IMG/VR virus record: IMGVR_UViG_3300011979_000363
Span: 1-64,000 of that record
Direction: 5' to 3' (one strand)
From: a virus
Taxonomy: Duplodnaviria > Caudoviricetes
Length of the DNA stretch: 64,000 nt
A program made the translations under genes and the position numbers. This document shows, in pieces, positions 1 through 8,541 of this stretch; positions within the stretch are counted from its first letter, which is position 1, and each line of letters begins with the position of its first letter. The notes beneath the pieces are model-generated. The model did no database searches, was not told the origin of the DNA, and saw only the letters and a program-made list of their open reading frames with translations.

Positions 1-1278
1 ATGATCAGTATCAATTATCAGACTTTCGGTAAAGGTTTCAATCTTAGGCTGAGGATTTACCAGAATGGTGAAACCAAGTACATTAACGTCAACAAGCTTC
101 TCCGTGGTGACATCAAGAAGAAACACTGGAATGTAAGAAAGCAGTGCTTCAACCCATCAGCCCCCTATTGTGATGACAACAACAAAGCTTTGGATGACTT
201 CAAAAAACCTTATGAGGACAAGGCGCAAGGGTGGAAAGGAACTATAGCTGATATGATAGAAGCTATGAATTCTCCAAAAGGACGAGAGGAAAAGACGCTT
301 TCAGATCCTAAAAAGCCTACCATGCACGAATTGTTCTACCTTATCATCAGAGAACTGAAAGACAACAGACATCCTGACGGTACACTGAAAGGGACGTTTG
401 AATGTTACGAGAAAGCTGAAAGGAAACTGATGGCTTTTTGTGAATATCAACACATTCAATATCCTAAGCTGCTCATCAGTGATATGACACCTCAGCTTGT
501 ATCTAAGATTTTTGATTGGGTAAAGAATCAATGTGGCGGCAAGGGGTTTGTAAATCTGTCAAAAATGCTTCATGCTACACTGACAAGGGCACAAGACAGA
601 GATTGGTTTGATATGTCTACTTTGAAGCATGTGAAATGGGCTAAGAAACCGCTCACAAGCTCACAAAAATACAACACCCTTACAGATACCCAGCTGAAAC
701 ATTTCAGTGCGATGTCGTATCAGGAATTGCCCTCTTCGGCAAACCGTATACTCTTCCGTGACTTCTGTATGTTCATGCTTTATACTGGAGCGTCACCATG
801 CGATATTGTCTCTTTAAGGTACGACCAGATAAAGAAGATAGATGGGACTGATTACTTTGTCTTTAAGAGAAGAAAGATTGAAGAAAAGCAATCCGTCCCT
901 TGCTCAGTGCCAATCAATGCCAAAATGCGTGAGATCATGGAAAGAGAAAGTATTAGAGCTAAAGACGGCTACGTATTCCCTATCAGAAATAAATATAAAC
1001 TGAAAACACAGCTTACAAACAATGGAGATATAAAGAAGTTTATTCAACGATGTAACGGATGGTTGAAGAAACTGGGGAAGGCTCTTGGTTGTGATTTTCC
1101 GCTTCATTTATACACGTTTCGTCACACTGCCATTACAAGGTATCTGAGCAATGACATCCCAGTGATATACGTTGCCAATATGATGGGAACGAGCGTAAAG
1201 AACTGCGAACAAATATACTATAACAATCATGCTGATACCAAGAGTAGGGATAAAGTCTTGAACATGATCAATTTGTAA
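1..1278 (+). CDS. int: Tyrosine recombinase/integrase, Bacteroidales type
   Basis: 425 aa; N-terminal arm-type region (LRLRIYQNGETKYI); C-terminal box motifs YTGASPCD, LYTFRHT, MMGTS...IYY. Ser in place of the first catalytic Arg, as known for IntDOT-like integrases. Confidence 0.9.
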   Translation: MISINYQTFGKGFNLRLRIYQNGETKYINVNKLLRGDIKKKHWNVRKQCFNPSAPYCDDNNKALDDFKKPYEDKAQGWKGTIADMIEAMNSPKGREEKTLSDPKKPTMHELFYLIIRELKDNRHPDGTLKGTFECYEKAERKLMAFCEYQHIQYPKLLISDMTPQLVSKIFDWVKNQCGGKGFVNLSKMLHATLTRAQDRDWFDMSTLKHVKWAKKPLTSSQKYNTLTDTQLKHFSAMSYQELPSSANRILFRDFCMFMLYTGASPCDIVSLRYDQIKKIDGTDYFVFKRRKIEEKQSVPCSVPINAKMREIMERESIRAKDGYVFPIRNKYKLKTQLTNNGDIKKFIQRCNGWLKKLGKALGCDFPLHLYTFRHTAITRYLSNDIPVIYVANMMGTSVKNCEQIYYNNHADTKSRDKVLNMINL

Positions 1279-1280
1279 AT

Positions 1281-1309
1281 AAAAAAAGGGCTGCATCGCT
1301 ATGCAGCCC
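1281..1309. terminator. Intrinsic terminator between convergent integrase and early operon
   Basis: GGGCTGCAT-CGCT-ATGCAGCCC 9-bp stem preceded by A7, giving a U-tail on the minus strand. Confidence 0.85.
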
Positions 1310-1440
1310 GATGAAACATAACCTGAATTAATCCTTAAACCTTTGAACTAATAACTTATCCAATATAACGTTATTAACAGATGCACCACACTCTCACGAG
1401 TGCCGATCGTACCATATTTACATGAAACATAAAACAATCT
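1281..1440 (-). ncRNA. Candidate small RNA / structured 3-prime UTR
   Basis: Two copies of ATGAAACATAA (1311-1321, 1422-1432), hairpin CACTC-TCAC-GAGTG (1389-1402), ends at the terminator; no ORF. Confidence 0.4.
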
Positions 1441-1472
1441 CTACATCGTATAATAGTACATTGCCAAAATTT

Positions 1473-1781
1473 TCATACATCGGTACAACCGAACTTCCCG
1501 GCGACTTCCCATTTTTTGTTGACATACTCAATCAGTGTGTCACCAGGCTGAGCATACACAGAATAGTTCCAACTGCTTAGACCTCCGGCGCAATGGTTTG
1601 TCGTTGATCCTTTAAGATAGAAGTAAACATCGTCATAATCAGTATCGTTCTCCCTGCCAAATTTATACTGCTTGTCTATGTGCATGATGCACGGAAGAGA
1701 AATGATTTCTGAAAAATTGATGTCCTTAAGATCTGCTGGGATCTTATATCTTCTTATGATCTTTAATTTTTCTTTGTTCAT
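1473..1781 (-). CDS. Hypothetical protein
   Basis: 102-aa ORF, ATGA-coupled to the upstream gene. Confidence 0.7.
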   Translation of the reverse strand: MNKEKLKIIRRYKIPADLKDINFSEIISLPCIMHIDKQYKFGRENDTDYDDVYFYLKGSTTNHCAGGLSSWNYSVYAQPGDTLIEYVNKKWEVAGKFGCTDV

Positions 1782-2155
1782 CTTATTATCATATTCATTA
1801 AAAGTAATGTATTATTTACGTTCCTCTCCTGTTCCAGTTTCTTCTCGCACTCTATGAAGTAACGTCTGGCAATCTTTCCTTTTTCATTGCCTTCCATCAT
1901 AGAGATTTCTTTTGCTGCGTCAATGGAAAGAGCGTAGTCTACACGGTTATGACCGCCTTGTTGTTTGCTCGCCAAATTTGGTGAGCAAATTTCAAAGTCC
2001 TCATTTTCAATAAGATCGCACTTTGCGATACGGTCTTTTATCCAATTTGAGAAGTCTCTGTTGCTACCTAAAAAGTCATGCAATAAACGTGCGTTAACAG
2101 CCTGTCTTCCGTCTTTGTTCTCGATAGGGATTAATTCTTTTGTTTCCATAATCAA
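1778..2155 (-). CDS. AntA/AntB-family phage antirepressor
   Basis: QAVNARLLHDFL...DFSNWIKDRI...DYALSIDAAKEISMMEGNEKGKIARRYFIECEK is the typical AntA signature. Confidence 0.88.
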   Translation of the reverse strand: MIMETKELIPIENKDGRQAVNARLLHDFLGSNRDFSNWIKDRIAKCDLIENEDFEICSPNLASKQQGGHNRVDYALSIDAAKEISMMEGNEKGKIARRYFIECEKKLEQERNVNNTLLLMNMIIR

Positions 2156-2169
2156 TTTATATTTTATAT

Positions 2170-2571
2170 CTATTTATTACCAAAGTCAGCAGGTATTTCA
2201 CCCCACTTCCTATTGTCCCAATGAATCACCTCAATATCATCTATAAAATCGTGGCATGCTCTGAGATAAAGAACAGCTTTGTCCACCAGTTTGTTTCTCT
2301 TCTTTGATTCCGCTTTCTTATTCTTGAACCATGTAATGCCAACCATACTGTCAGAGAATATTCTGCATGGCTGGAAGTCATGGTTAACGATATATTTGCA
2401 AGCCTCCACTATCGCAAGGAACTCACCGATGTTTATAGTCTGATTACCGAGATCTTTATAAAAAAGGACATTGCCAGTAGACAAGTCCACACCACGAAAT
2501 TCAGTTTTCTTGTTTTTCATGGAATGAGCAGCGTCTACGGCAATGCCTTTACTGAGATTAATGTTCGCCAT
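2170..2571 (-). CDS. Ribonuclease H (Bacteroides/Bacillus halodurans-like type)
   Basis: IAVDAA, TINIGEFLAIVEA, IFSDS, W...WGEIPADFG; acidic catalytic residues intact. Confidence 0.88.
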   Translation of the reverse strand: MANINLSKGIAVDAAHSMKNKKTEFRGVDLSTGNVLFYKDLGNQTINIGEFLAIVEACKYIVNHDFQPCRIFSDSMVGITWFKNKKAESKKRNKLVDKAVLYLRACHDFIDDIEVIHWDNRKWGEIPADFGNK

Positions 2572-2836
2572 TCACCTCTTTGAGTAATGCCTTAGAGACC
2601 TTAAATGTGAACACCTTCCGCTCAGGGATCTCAACAGCCTCCTTTTTAATCACATTGTACCCCCTGCGAGCCTTACGAAGCTTTGTGGAGAATGTGCCAA
2701 AGCCCATCAACTCAACTTTCTCACCAGTCTTGTAAGCGTCAGTAAGATTCTTGATGAGTGTATCTACTGCGATCACAGCATCTTTTCTTTCCAGACCAAC
2801 GTTTACCAAATTCTGAACTAAATCCTTTTTTACCAT
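2558..2836 (-). CDS. HU-family DNA-binding protein
   Basis: 92 aa; GEKVELMGFGTFSTKLRKARRGYN...IPERKVFTFK HU/IHF signature. Confidence 0.92.
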   Translation of the reverse strand: MVKKDLVQNLVNVGLERKDAVIAVDTLIKNLTDAYKTGEKVELMGFGTFSTKLRKARRGYNVIKKEAVEIPERKVFTFKVSKALLKEVNGEH

Positions 2837-2861
2837 AATGATTAGAAATTAAAAATTAAAC

Positions 2862-3677
2862 TTATATGTTGATTAACTTAGTTTTGTGCAAACTTGAAAG
2901 TTTGTCCTCAACCTTATTATCTTTCTTTGTCTCTGGATAAATAGTATTGAACAACTTTTTAGTATCATTCATTATCTGAGCATACCATCTTTTATATTCT
3001 TCTGCATCACCATCCCACTCAGCTTGTTGCTTTGAAAGCATATCACGAGTTACGAAAGTGTTAGCCTGCATCAGTTTTTTCTTATCATCGAACTGAAACA
3101 ATGCAATACCATCGTTTACAGGAGCAAACAGATGAGACAGCTTTCCAAAACTCGCATTAGGTTTCATCAATGCCGTATAGGGATTACGAAGCATGTAGAT
3201 TCCTATCATATCCTCTATCGTCTTAGCGGCATTCAGTCCGTTTCTCAGCTTCCAGTCACACTTATCAGATTTAAGCATGCGCTCCTTGTATCGCTTAAAG
3301 AAGTGAGCCTGAACCAACACTCCCAGTCTGTTACCGTCTATTAAGACGATTGCGGCCGTGCCTTTAGGAGTTTCCATCAGTCCTACCGTAAAGACATTGT
3401 ATTTCCACTTAACCATGTCCTTACGAAGTCCAGACTGACGGTAATAGATAAACACGCCAACATATCTGTTGTTGCGTTTAGTCTTGAATTTACGGATAAA
3501 ACTGACGATTTTATGCTTTCGTTGTTTTCTCAGCAGATTACTCACACTTTCAGATTCGTCTACCCTGTCATTGAACTCATCTATCTCATTGAAGTCAGCT
3601 CTATATTCATCAGCCAACTCCTTGCTTGTCATTGATTGCGTAAACATAGGCTTAATTCTGAGAGTTAGACTTGTCAC
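2862..3677 (-). CDS. Hypothetical protein
   Basis: 271-aa ORF in a tightly packed minus-strand operon. Confidence 0.75.
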   Translation of the reverse strand: MTSLTLRIKPMFTQSMTSKELADEYRADFNEIDEFNDRVDESESVSNLLRKQRKHKIVSFIRKFKTKRNNRYVGVFIYYRQSGLRKDMVKWKYNVFTVGLMETPKGTAAIVLIDGNRLGVLVQAHFFKRYKERMLKSDKCDWKLRNGLNAAKTIEDMIGIYMLRNPYTALMKPNASFGKLSHLFAPVNDGIALFQFDDKKKLMQANTFVTRDMLSKQQAEWDGDAEEYKRWYAQIMNDTKKLFNTIYPETKKDNKVEDKLSSLHKTKLINI

Positions 3678-4146
3678 GTTTATAAAGAACGTTCACAATA
3701 GTAGCTGCATCCAAAAACTCATCTGCCGTAAGCATAGGACATACCAGATCATACCGCTTTCTGAGCATGTTTGCAATGTTCTGCATATTGTTTTTTATGA
3801 GCAATGTACTGGAAGGATCGTACACAATCGTCTTATTCCCGAACTGAACCTCCACACGATATTCCTTATTCGTGAATGTGGTGATTTTTGCCGGGAACTT
3901 CACAGCCTTAGCGTTCATTACTATAAACCCGTTTTTCTCATTCATAGGAACGAGAAGGCAATGATACAAGACGTTAGGCTGCATATTTCTCTCAGCCATA
4001 TCGTCTATAAAAACAATCTTCTTTTTGTCTGTACTTTCCTCACGGACACCTCTCCAGCTTCCATCCTGAGTTTTTGATACGAAGCCATATAAGTGCCCTT
4101 TGTCATTTTTCTTAAACTTGATATTTGTTCTTATTACTTGTGCCAT
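3652..4146 (-). CDS. Hypothetical protein
   Basis: 164-aa ORF overlapping the downstream gene start. Confidence 0.75.
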   Translation of the reverse strand: MAQVIRTNIKFKKNDKGHLYGFVSKTQDGSWRGVREESTDKKKIVFIDDMAERNMQPNVLYHCLLVPMNEKNGFIVMNAKAVKFPAKITTFTNKEYRVEVQFGNKTIVYDPSSTLLIKNNMQNIANMLRKRYDLVCPMLTADEFLDAATIVNVLYKRDKSNSQN

Positions 4147-4182
4147 TTATCAACTTATTATTTTTGTTGTTACTATATAAAA

Positions 4183-4214
4183 ATTCCCATACTAAACATT
4201 AATAGTATGGGAAT
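4183..4214 (-). terminator. Intrinsic terminator-like hairpin
   Basis: ATTCCCATACTA-8nt-TAGTATGGGAAT 12-bp stem with an adjacent A-run. Confidence 0.65.
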
Positions 4215-4236
4215 CATAAAAAAGTTAGAGGTATGC

Positions 4237-4632
4237 TTAAAAAAGTGTATCAGCAAGGCAATTTGAGCATATTCCATTGCCACGGACATATTCTTCTTTT
4301 CCTATTCTCTTTCCGCAACGATTGCAGAAGAACATGGTACTGTTTCCAGCATGTAGAATCCTGCTCACAGCCTTTATGCTTGTTCCGTATTCCTTAGCTA
4401 TTGCTTTTAATACCTCAGGATAGCGGTAACGAGTATCTGCTTTCTCCAAATAATGCAGCCCATTCGTCAACCTCTCAAAATCAGCTCTCATCAGACATGC
4501 ACGGATATATTGTGTATTGAGAATTCTGAGCGCATTAAGCTTTGAGATCTCTTCTTGCGACAATTCAAACAAAGACGCTGCTTTCTGAATGTCTTTAGGA
4601 CGAAGGATATATTGAACCATTGAAGTGTCCAT
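4237..4632 (-). CDS. Hypothetical protein with C-terminal zinc finger
   Basis: CNRC...CSNC at the C-terminus. Confidence 0.7.
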   Translation of the reverse strand: MDTSMVQYILRPKDIQKAASLFELSQEEISKLNALRILNTQYIRACLMRADFERLTNGLHYLEKADTRYRYPEVLKAIAKEYGTSIKAVSRILHAGNSTMFFCNRCGKRIGKEEYVRGNGICSNCLADTLF

Positions 4633-4635
4633 GAG

Positions 4636-4980
4636 CTATTCCTCCTTTTCTTCTAACTGCTGGACTTTAATGCTGAGCGTGTATTTCAACTTATCATCCA
4701 CCCTAATGCGGTTGTAATACTCTTCAAGCAACATCAGTTCGAGTTCATCACTGTCCTCAGGAGTAAGCTCATTCCAAATCATTTCACACTCATCGGCGAT
4801 CTTAACTGCATCCTTATAAAACTGGCTATGCTTGTCAGTCAGGATCTCATTAATCTTTTTCGCCGTGTCGCTGTCATCATTCAAACTACGTGCGAACAAG
4901 ATTTTACTCAGCATTGCATAGTTGCGCCAAGCTTCATAAGCTTCTTTTGTTTTCTTCTTCATTGTTGTTGTCTCAGTCAT
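4636..4980 (-). CDS. Hypothetical protein
   Basis: 114-aa ORF, translationally coupled. Confidence 0.7.
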   Translation of the reverse strand: MTETTTMKKKTKEAYEAWRNYAMLSKILFARSLNDDSDTAKKINEILTDKHSQFYKDAVKIADECEMIWNELTPEDSDELELMLLEEYYNRIRVDDKLKYTLSIKVQQLEEKEE

Positions 4981-5378
4981 AATCTTTGAATTTTAGTTGT
5001 TCTGAAAATATCGTTTACATAACGCTTTCTCTCAATCGTGTCTTTAATCAGTCCAATCACTTCTGAAAGTTTTGCCTTAGCTTCAAAGAACGGTGCATTT
5101 CCACTGTTGGCAGTCTTGTATATAGTCAATATATCATCCAGAATACCAATTGCTTCTTGAACGTCATTCTTACAATCAAGCTGGTTATCATAAAGACCGC
5201 CCCACTTAAGTGATGGTAGGATGTTCTCAAAGAGGTGATTTTCTTCTTTATATACATCTTTAAGAAGGGTACAAGCTTTTGTCAGTTTTGTTCTTGTCTC
5301 TTTACAATTCTTCTGCCCTTTCACCTCTATCAGTAACGATAGTGCTTCTCTCAGAGACTTTCTTCTATCTTTATTCAT
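4977..5378 (-). CDS. Hypothetical protein
   Basis: 133-aa ORF; helical MNKDRRKSL N-terminus. Confidence 0.7.
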   Translation of the reverse strand: MNKDRRKSLREALSLLIEVKGQKNCKETRTKLTKACTLLKDVYKEENHLFENILPSLKWGGLYDNQLDCKNDVQEAIGILDDILTIYKTANSGNAPFFEAKAKLSEVIGLIKDTIERKRYVNDIFRTTKIQRL

Positions 5379-5428
5379 TACTTGATAATAGTACCATTAA
5401 GTTGAAAAAGTTAGATGGTTCCTACTTT

Positions 5429-5668
5429 TTATTTATCACTATTGAAATCAATCACTCTGGAATATGATTTGTTGACATTATACATTTCAAAGACCGAATC
5501 CACATGCATTTTGTACTGATCATATTTCCAGTATATTGACATCATTTCGGCTTTCATGCTTGCATATATAATCAAATTTGACAGCACCAATGCCAATACA
5601 AGCGTTGCTATAATGGTTATTGAATGCTGCTGTATGAAGCCTCGTATTATAAACTTCACTGATCCCAT
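5429..5668 (-). CDS. Small membrane protein
   Basis: Likely start MGSVKFII at 5668, abutting the upstream stop; one hydrophobic segment. Confidence 0.6.
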   Translation of the reverse strand: MGSVKFIIRGFIQQHSITIIATLVLALVLSNLIIYASMKAEMMSIYWKYDQYKMHVDSVFEMYNVNKSYSRVIDFNSDK

Positions 5669-5669
5669 A

Positions 5670-6224
5670 TCATTTGCTTTGTTTGTTCTTTTCTTTTTGT
5701 TTTCTGAATATACTTCCAGCCTTGTTCCGCAACATCTCAAACATATCATCACATTTTTCACCCCAAAACATGCTGTCCATATATTTTGAATCCTTTGAAA
5801 AGTATTCAAGCTTAGTCCGTGCGTATTTTGAAAGCTCAATTAACTCTTTGAACTGATCCATTTCCAGTGTATTGTCCGACCTCTGTATGACATCATTTAT
5901 CTCGACAACAGCCGTCTCAATGATGTCACAAGCCATGAAAGCTGTTAACATCAATATCATTATCTCCTGCCTGTCCTTTGCTGGCATAGACACAGTATTC
6001 AGGTCAAGCCGTTCAACATCCTGCTCAGTTTCCTGAATATATGTGTTGACGACTTGTGAAAACAACTGCTCAATTTCCTTTCCTATCTGCAATGCAGGTT
6101 GTATTTTTCCATCCTTAATTAACAACTGTTGCTGAGCACGTATTTCACGTATTCTTGTATTCGCTTCAAATTGGTTACGTATTATATTAAGCAGTTCGTT
6201 TGGGACATCTTTTACTTGTACCAT
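5670..6224 (-). CDS. Hypothetical protein
   Basis: 184-aa helical ORF. Confidence 0.72.
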   Translation of the reverse strand: MVQVKDVPNELLNIIRNQFEANTRIREIRAQQQLLIKDGKIQPALQIGKEIEQLFSQVVNTYIQETEQDVERLDLNTVSMPAKDRQEIMILMLTAFMACDIIETAVVEINDVIQRSDNTLEMDQFKELIELSKYARTKLEYFSKDSKYMDSMFWGEKCDDMFEMLRNKAGSIFRKQKEKNKQSK

Positions 6225-6279
6225 AATGTTTGTATATTATTTTTCTTACTTCTGTTGGCTATTATTAAGTATGTTATAT

Positions 6280-6657
6280 CTACACTATTTCTATTCGCCC
6301 ATCAAGCGTATCAAAGTTTTCTTTTATTAGATATTCTGGGTCTGTGTTTTTGAATATTGCTGGATGTAACAGTCGTGCAAATACAGTATCTATGTCAGCA
6401 TATTCCTCTTTCTTATTTGTATATCTTTTATCAAGAACTTTGAAGAAGAAAACTCCACTTCGCTTATAGGTTACTTTTAGTTTCATCCAATCGGCAGGCC
6501 CATTTCCAGTATTATTGAAGAACCAATATTCCTTACCAACTTTTATTTGTTTCCAAGCTTTTTTAGGATTGTAATCTCCATAAGACTTACTGATACTTTT
6601 GATAGTTGTCTCTATCTTTGCATCTCCAAACCATTTTTGAAATTCTTCTCGTGTCAT
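6280..6657 (-). CDS. Hypothetical protein
   Basis: 125-aa ORF. Confidence 0.68.
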   Translation of the reverse strand: MTREEFQKWFGDAKIETTIKSISKSYGDYNPKKAWKQIKVGKEYWFFNNTGNGPADWMKLKVTYKRSGVFFFKVLDKRYTNKKEEYADIDTVFARLLHPAIFKNTDPEYLIKENFDTLDGRIEIV

Positions 6658-6668
6658 AAAATATGAGA

Positions 6669-6863
6669 TTAATAAAGATAATAATTAATCAGCTCGTCAT
6701 CTGGCATAGATTTTATGTCATCATATTCTTCCAAAGCGTCCATGTCACTATCATTTTCAAGCATATTTAGCTTCTTTTCTTTTCTCAGCAATTCTGCTAT
6801 TCTTTCTTTAGTTACTTCTATTGCCTCTTCTTTCATAATTTGCTGAATATTACTATTGATCAA
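6669..6863 (-). CDS. Hypothetical protein
   Basis: 64-aa ORF, coupled. Confidence 0.6.
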   Translation of the reverse strand: MINSNIQQIMKEEAIEVTKERIAELLRKEKKLNMLENDSDMDALEEYDDIKSMPDDELINYYLY

Positions 6864-7099
6864 CTGAAAACATAAGCAAGCGGTCTACTCGACAAAGGTT
6901 TGAAAAAGTAACCTTCCGTCTTCATCTTACTCTCTAAAATCTTATGACGCTTTGTGGTCTCGTCATAGTAAAAGATTCTTGGGTTATCAACAATGAACCC
7001 GCTAATACGCGGAATAGTGTATCCAGCTGCGTGAAGCTTACTACGGCGTGAGTAATACTTATTCGTGTAACGGTTGAAAACCAATTTCCATTTTTCCAT
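6860..7099 (-). CDS. Hypothetical protein
   Basis: 79-aa ORF; start 19 nt downstream of repeat copy 1. Confidence 0.55.
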   Translation of the reverse strand: MEKWKLVFNRYTNKYYSRRSKLHAAGYTIPRISGFIVDNPRIFYYDETTKRHKILESKMKTEGYFFKPLSSRPLAYVFS

Positions 7100-7117
7100 A
7101 TACGATAAATTAAAAAA

Positions 7118-7155
7118 TAAACATTGCCCGTATTTAGGAACAGATAGCTCATACC
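7118..7155 (-). repeat. ~38-bp intergenic direct repeat, copy 1
   Basis: TAAACATTGCCCGTATTTAGGAACAGATAGCTCATACC; near-identical to 7469-7507. Confidence 0.85.
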
Positions 7156-7173
7156 TCGCAAAGTACTTTTAAG

Positions 7174-7452
7174 TTACTTCAACTTACCCTCCTTGAACGC
7201 TTTCTCCTGCAAAGCATATCCAAGAAGATACCAGACCTTGTTCTCAATGCGCTTCAGGCAATTCTTTTTGCCTATTTCTTCATTGTAGTTCGCTGGATCC
7301 ACGCAAGTCGTTGAATCGCGAAGCGTGAACCCATTCTTCATTCGCACCGTTACATAAGTACACGGTTTACCGAACTCTACAACAGTTCTAACGAGAACAT
7401 CCTTCATGTTCTCTGCGACCTCTTCGGGTGTTACTTTAATGTTTGTTTCCAT
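7174..7452 (-). CDS. Gp49-family (N4 gp49/Sf6 gp66-like) phage protein
   Basis: Start METNIK at 7452; TYVTVRMKNGFTLRDSTTCVDPANYNEEIGKKNCLKRIENKVWYLLGYALQ matches the family pattern as recalled. Confidence 0.75.
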   Translation of the reverse strand: METNIKVTPEEVAENMKDVLVRTVVEFGKPCTYVTVRMKNGFTLRDSTTCVDPANYNEEIGKKNCLKRIENKVWYLLGYALQEKAFKEGKLK

Positions 7453-7468
7453 AATTATTTGTTTTAAG

Positions 7469-7507
7469 TAAAACCTTGCCCGTATCAAGGAACCGATAGC
7501 TCATACC
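7469..7507 (-). repeat. ~38-bp intergenic direct repeat, copy 2
   Basis: TAAAACCTTGCCCGTATCAAGGAACCGATAGCTCATACC. Confidence 0.85.
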
Positions 7508-7517
7508 AGTCAAGTTA

Positions 7518-8009
7518 TTATTTCTGATCAACTTTCTTCGACAAGCAAAGACCGAATTCGTTCAGTTTGCCCATCAGATAGCGGAACAAAGGTGGAAGGT
7601 TCTCTATCTCTTCTTTGTTCGCGCGGCGATAATCTTCTACATGTGCTAATGCATCAAAGTATGCTGCCTTATCGTAAAGGATAAAATAGGCTTCAAAAGT
7701 TTTGCAGTCATTGTATTTTTTGAACACAGCGTGGCAATTCGGATTGCTATTATAAACAAGTATATCGCCTTCTTTCCACGAATACAGTGGAAGTTCTATC
7801 TCCTTGTAGTTGTCCATGATAATAATTCCCACTAAAGAGTTGATAAACGCCCAATTAATTTTATTGTTAGGATCTATAAAATAGACAGTATCTTCGTTTT
7901 CGCAGCTGATCTCACTTGCATTTGTAGCTCCAAGTCTTGTAAAAATGTCTATAATTTCACTTCCATGGCCTTTACGACCTCTGATGTATATTTTCTTCTT
8001 CTCTTCCAT
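7518..8009 (-). CDS. Hypothetical protein
   Basis: 163-aa ORF. Confidence 0.72.
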   Translation of the reverse strand: MEEKKKIYIRGRKGHGSEIIDIFTRLGATNASEISCENEDTVYFIDPNNKINWAFINSLVGIIIMDNYKEIELPLYSWKEGDILVYNSNPNCHAVFKKYNDCKTFEAYFILYDKAAYFDALAHVEDYRRANKEEIENLPPLFRYLMGKLNEFGLCLSKKVDQK

Positions 8010-8021
8010 AGTTATTTGCGG

Positions 8022-8297
8022 TTATTTTTCTTCTGGGAAGTCCGGTATTGGCATCCAGTATAGAACTTTGTCTTTTGTGTTTCCGTGATTGAAGAAACCG
8101 TATTTGTCAAACAATTTGTGCGCATATATTCCAAACTTCTTTTGTTCCAATTCGGTGAATCTATGTTTCAGCTCACAGCTTGGGACAATTGTAGTACTCC
8201 ATGCCTGCGTAAAAAGACCGTATACCAAAACCGTCTCATGAAGTTCTGGCAGACGTTCTTCAACGCTTATCCAAGGAGAATTTTTATGAATTTTCAT
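8022..8297 (-). CDS. DUF551-like phage protein
   Basis: PWISVEERLPE...VLYWMPIPDFP termini. Confidence 0.75.
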   Translation of the reverse strand: MKIHKNSPWISVEERLPELHETVLVYGLFTQAWSTTIVPSCELKHRFTELEQKKFGIYAHKLFDKYGFFNHGNTKDKVLYWMPIPDFPEEK

Positions 8298-8539
8298 TCT
8301 GTATCTCCTTTCTGAGGCTCCGGCCTCTTATCTAATTCCAAAGAGTTGATAAGACACATGTTTTCCACATTCACTCCGTCTTTTTTGACCATTCGGCAAG
8401 CCCAATTTCGTGCTTCTATTATGATGTCTTCTGTTATTTTCCTACAACAAACAGATGCTTCTTGGATTATCGCATTCCCTTTAGGATCAAATCCCACAAA
8501 CGTAAGATGAAAATATCTCTTTCTTAATTTTATAAACAT
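8294..8539 (-). CDS. Hypothetical protein
   Basis: 81-aa ORF, coupled. Confidence 0.62.
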   Translation of the reverse strand: MFIKLRKRYFHLTFVGFDPKGNAIIQEASVCCRKITEDIIIEARNWACRMVKKDGVNVENMCLINSLELDKRPEPQKGDTE

Positions 8540-8541
8540 AG

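Noticed and set aside
7118-7507. HDV-like/theta ribozyme or known riboswitch in the 38-bp repeats
   Set aside because: UUCCU and GGGCAA are suggestive, but P1/P2/P3 could not be built consistently in both copies.
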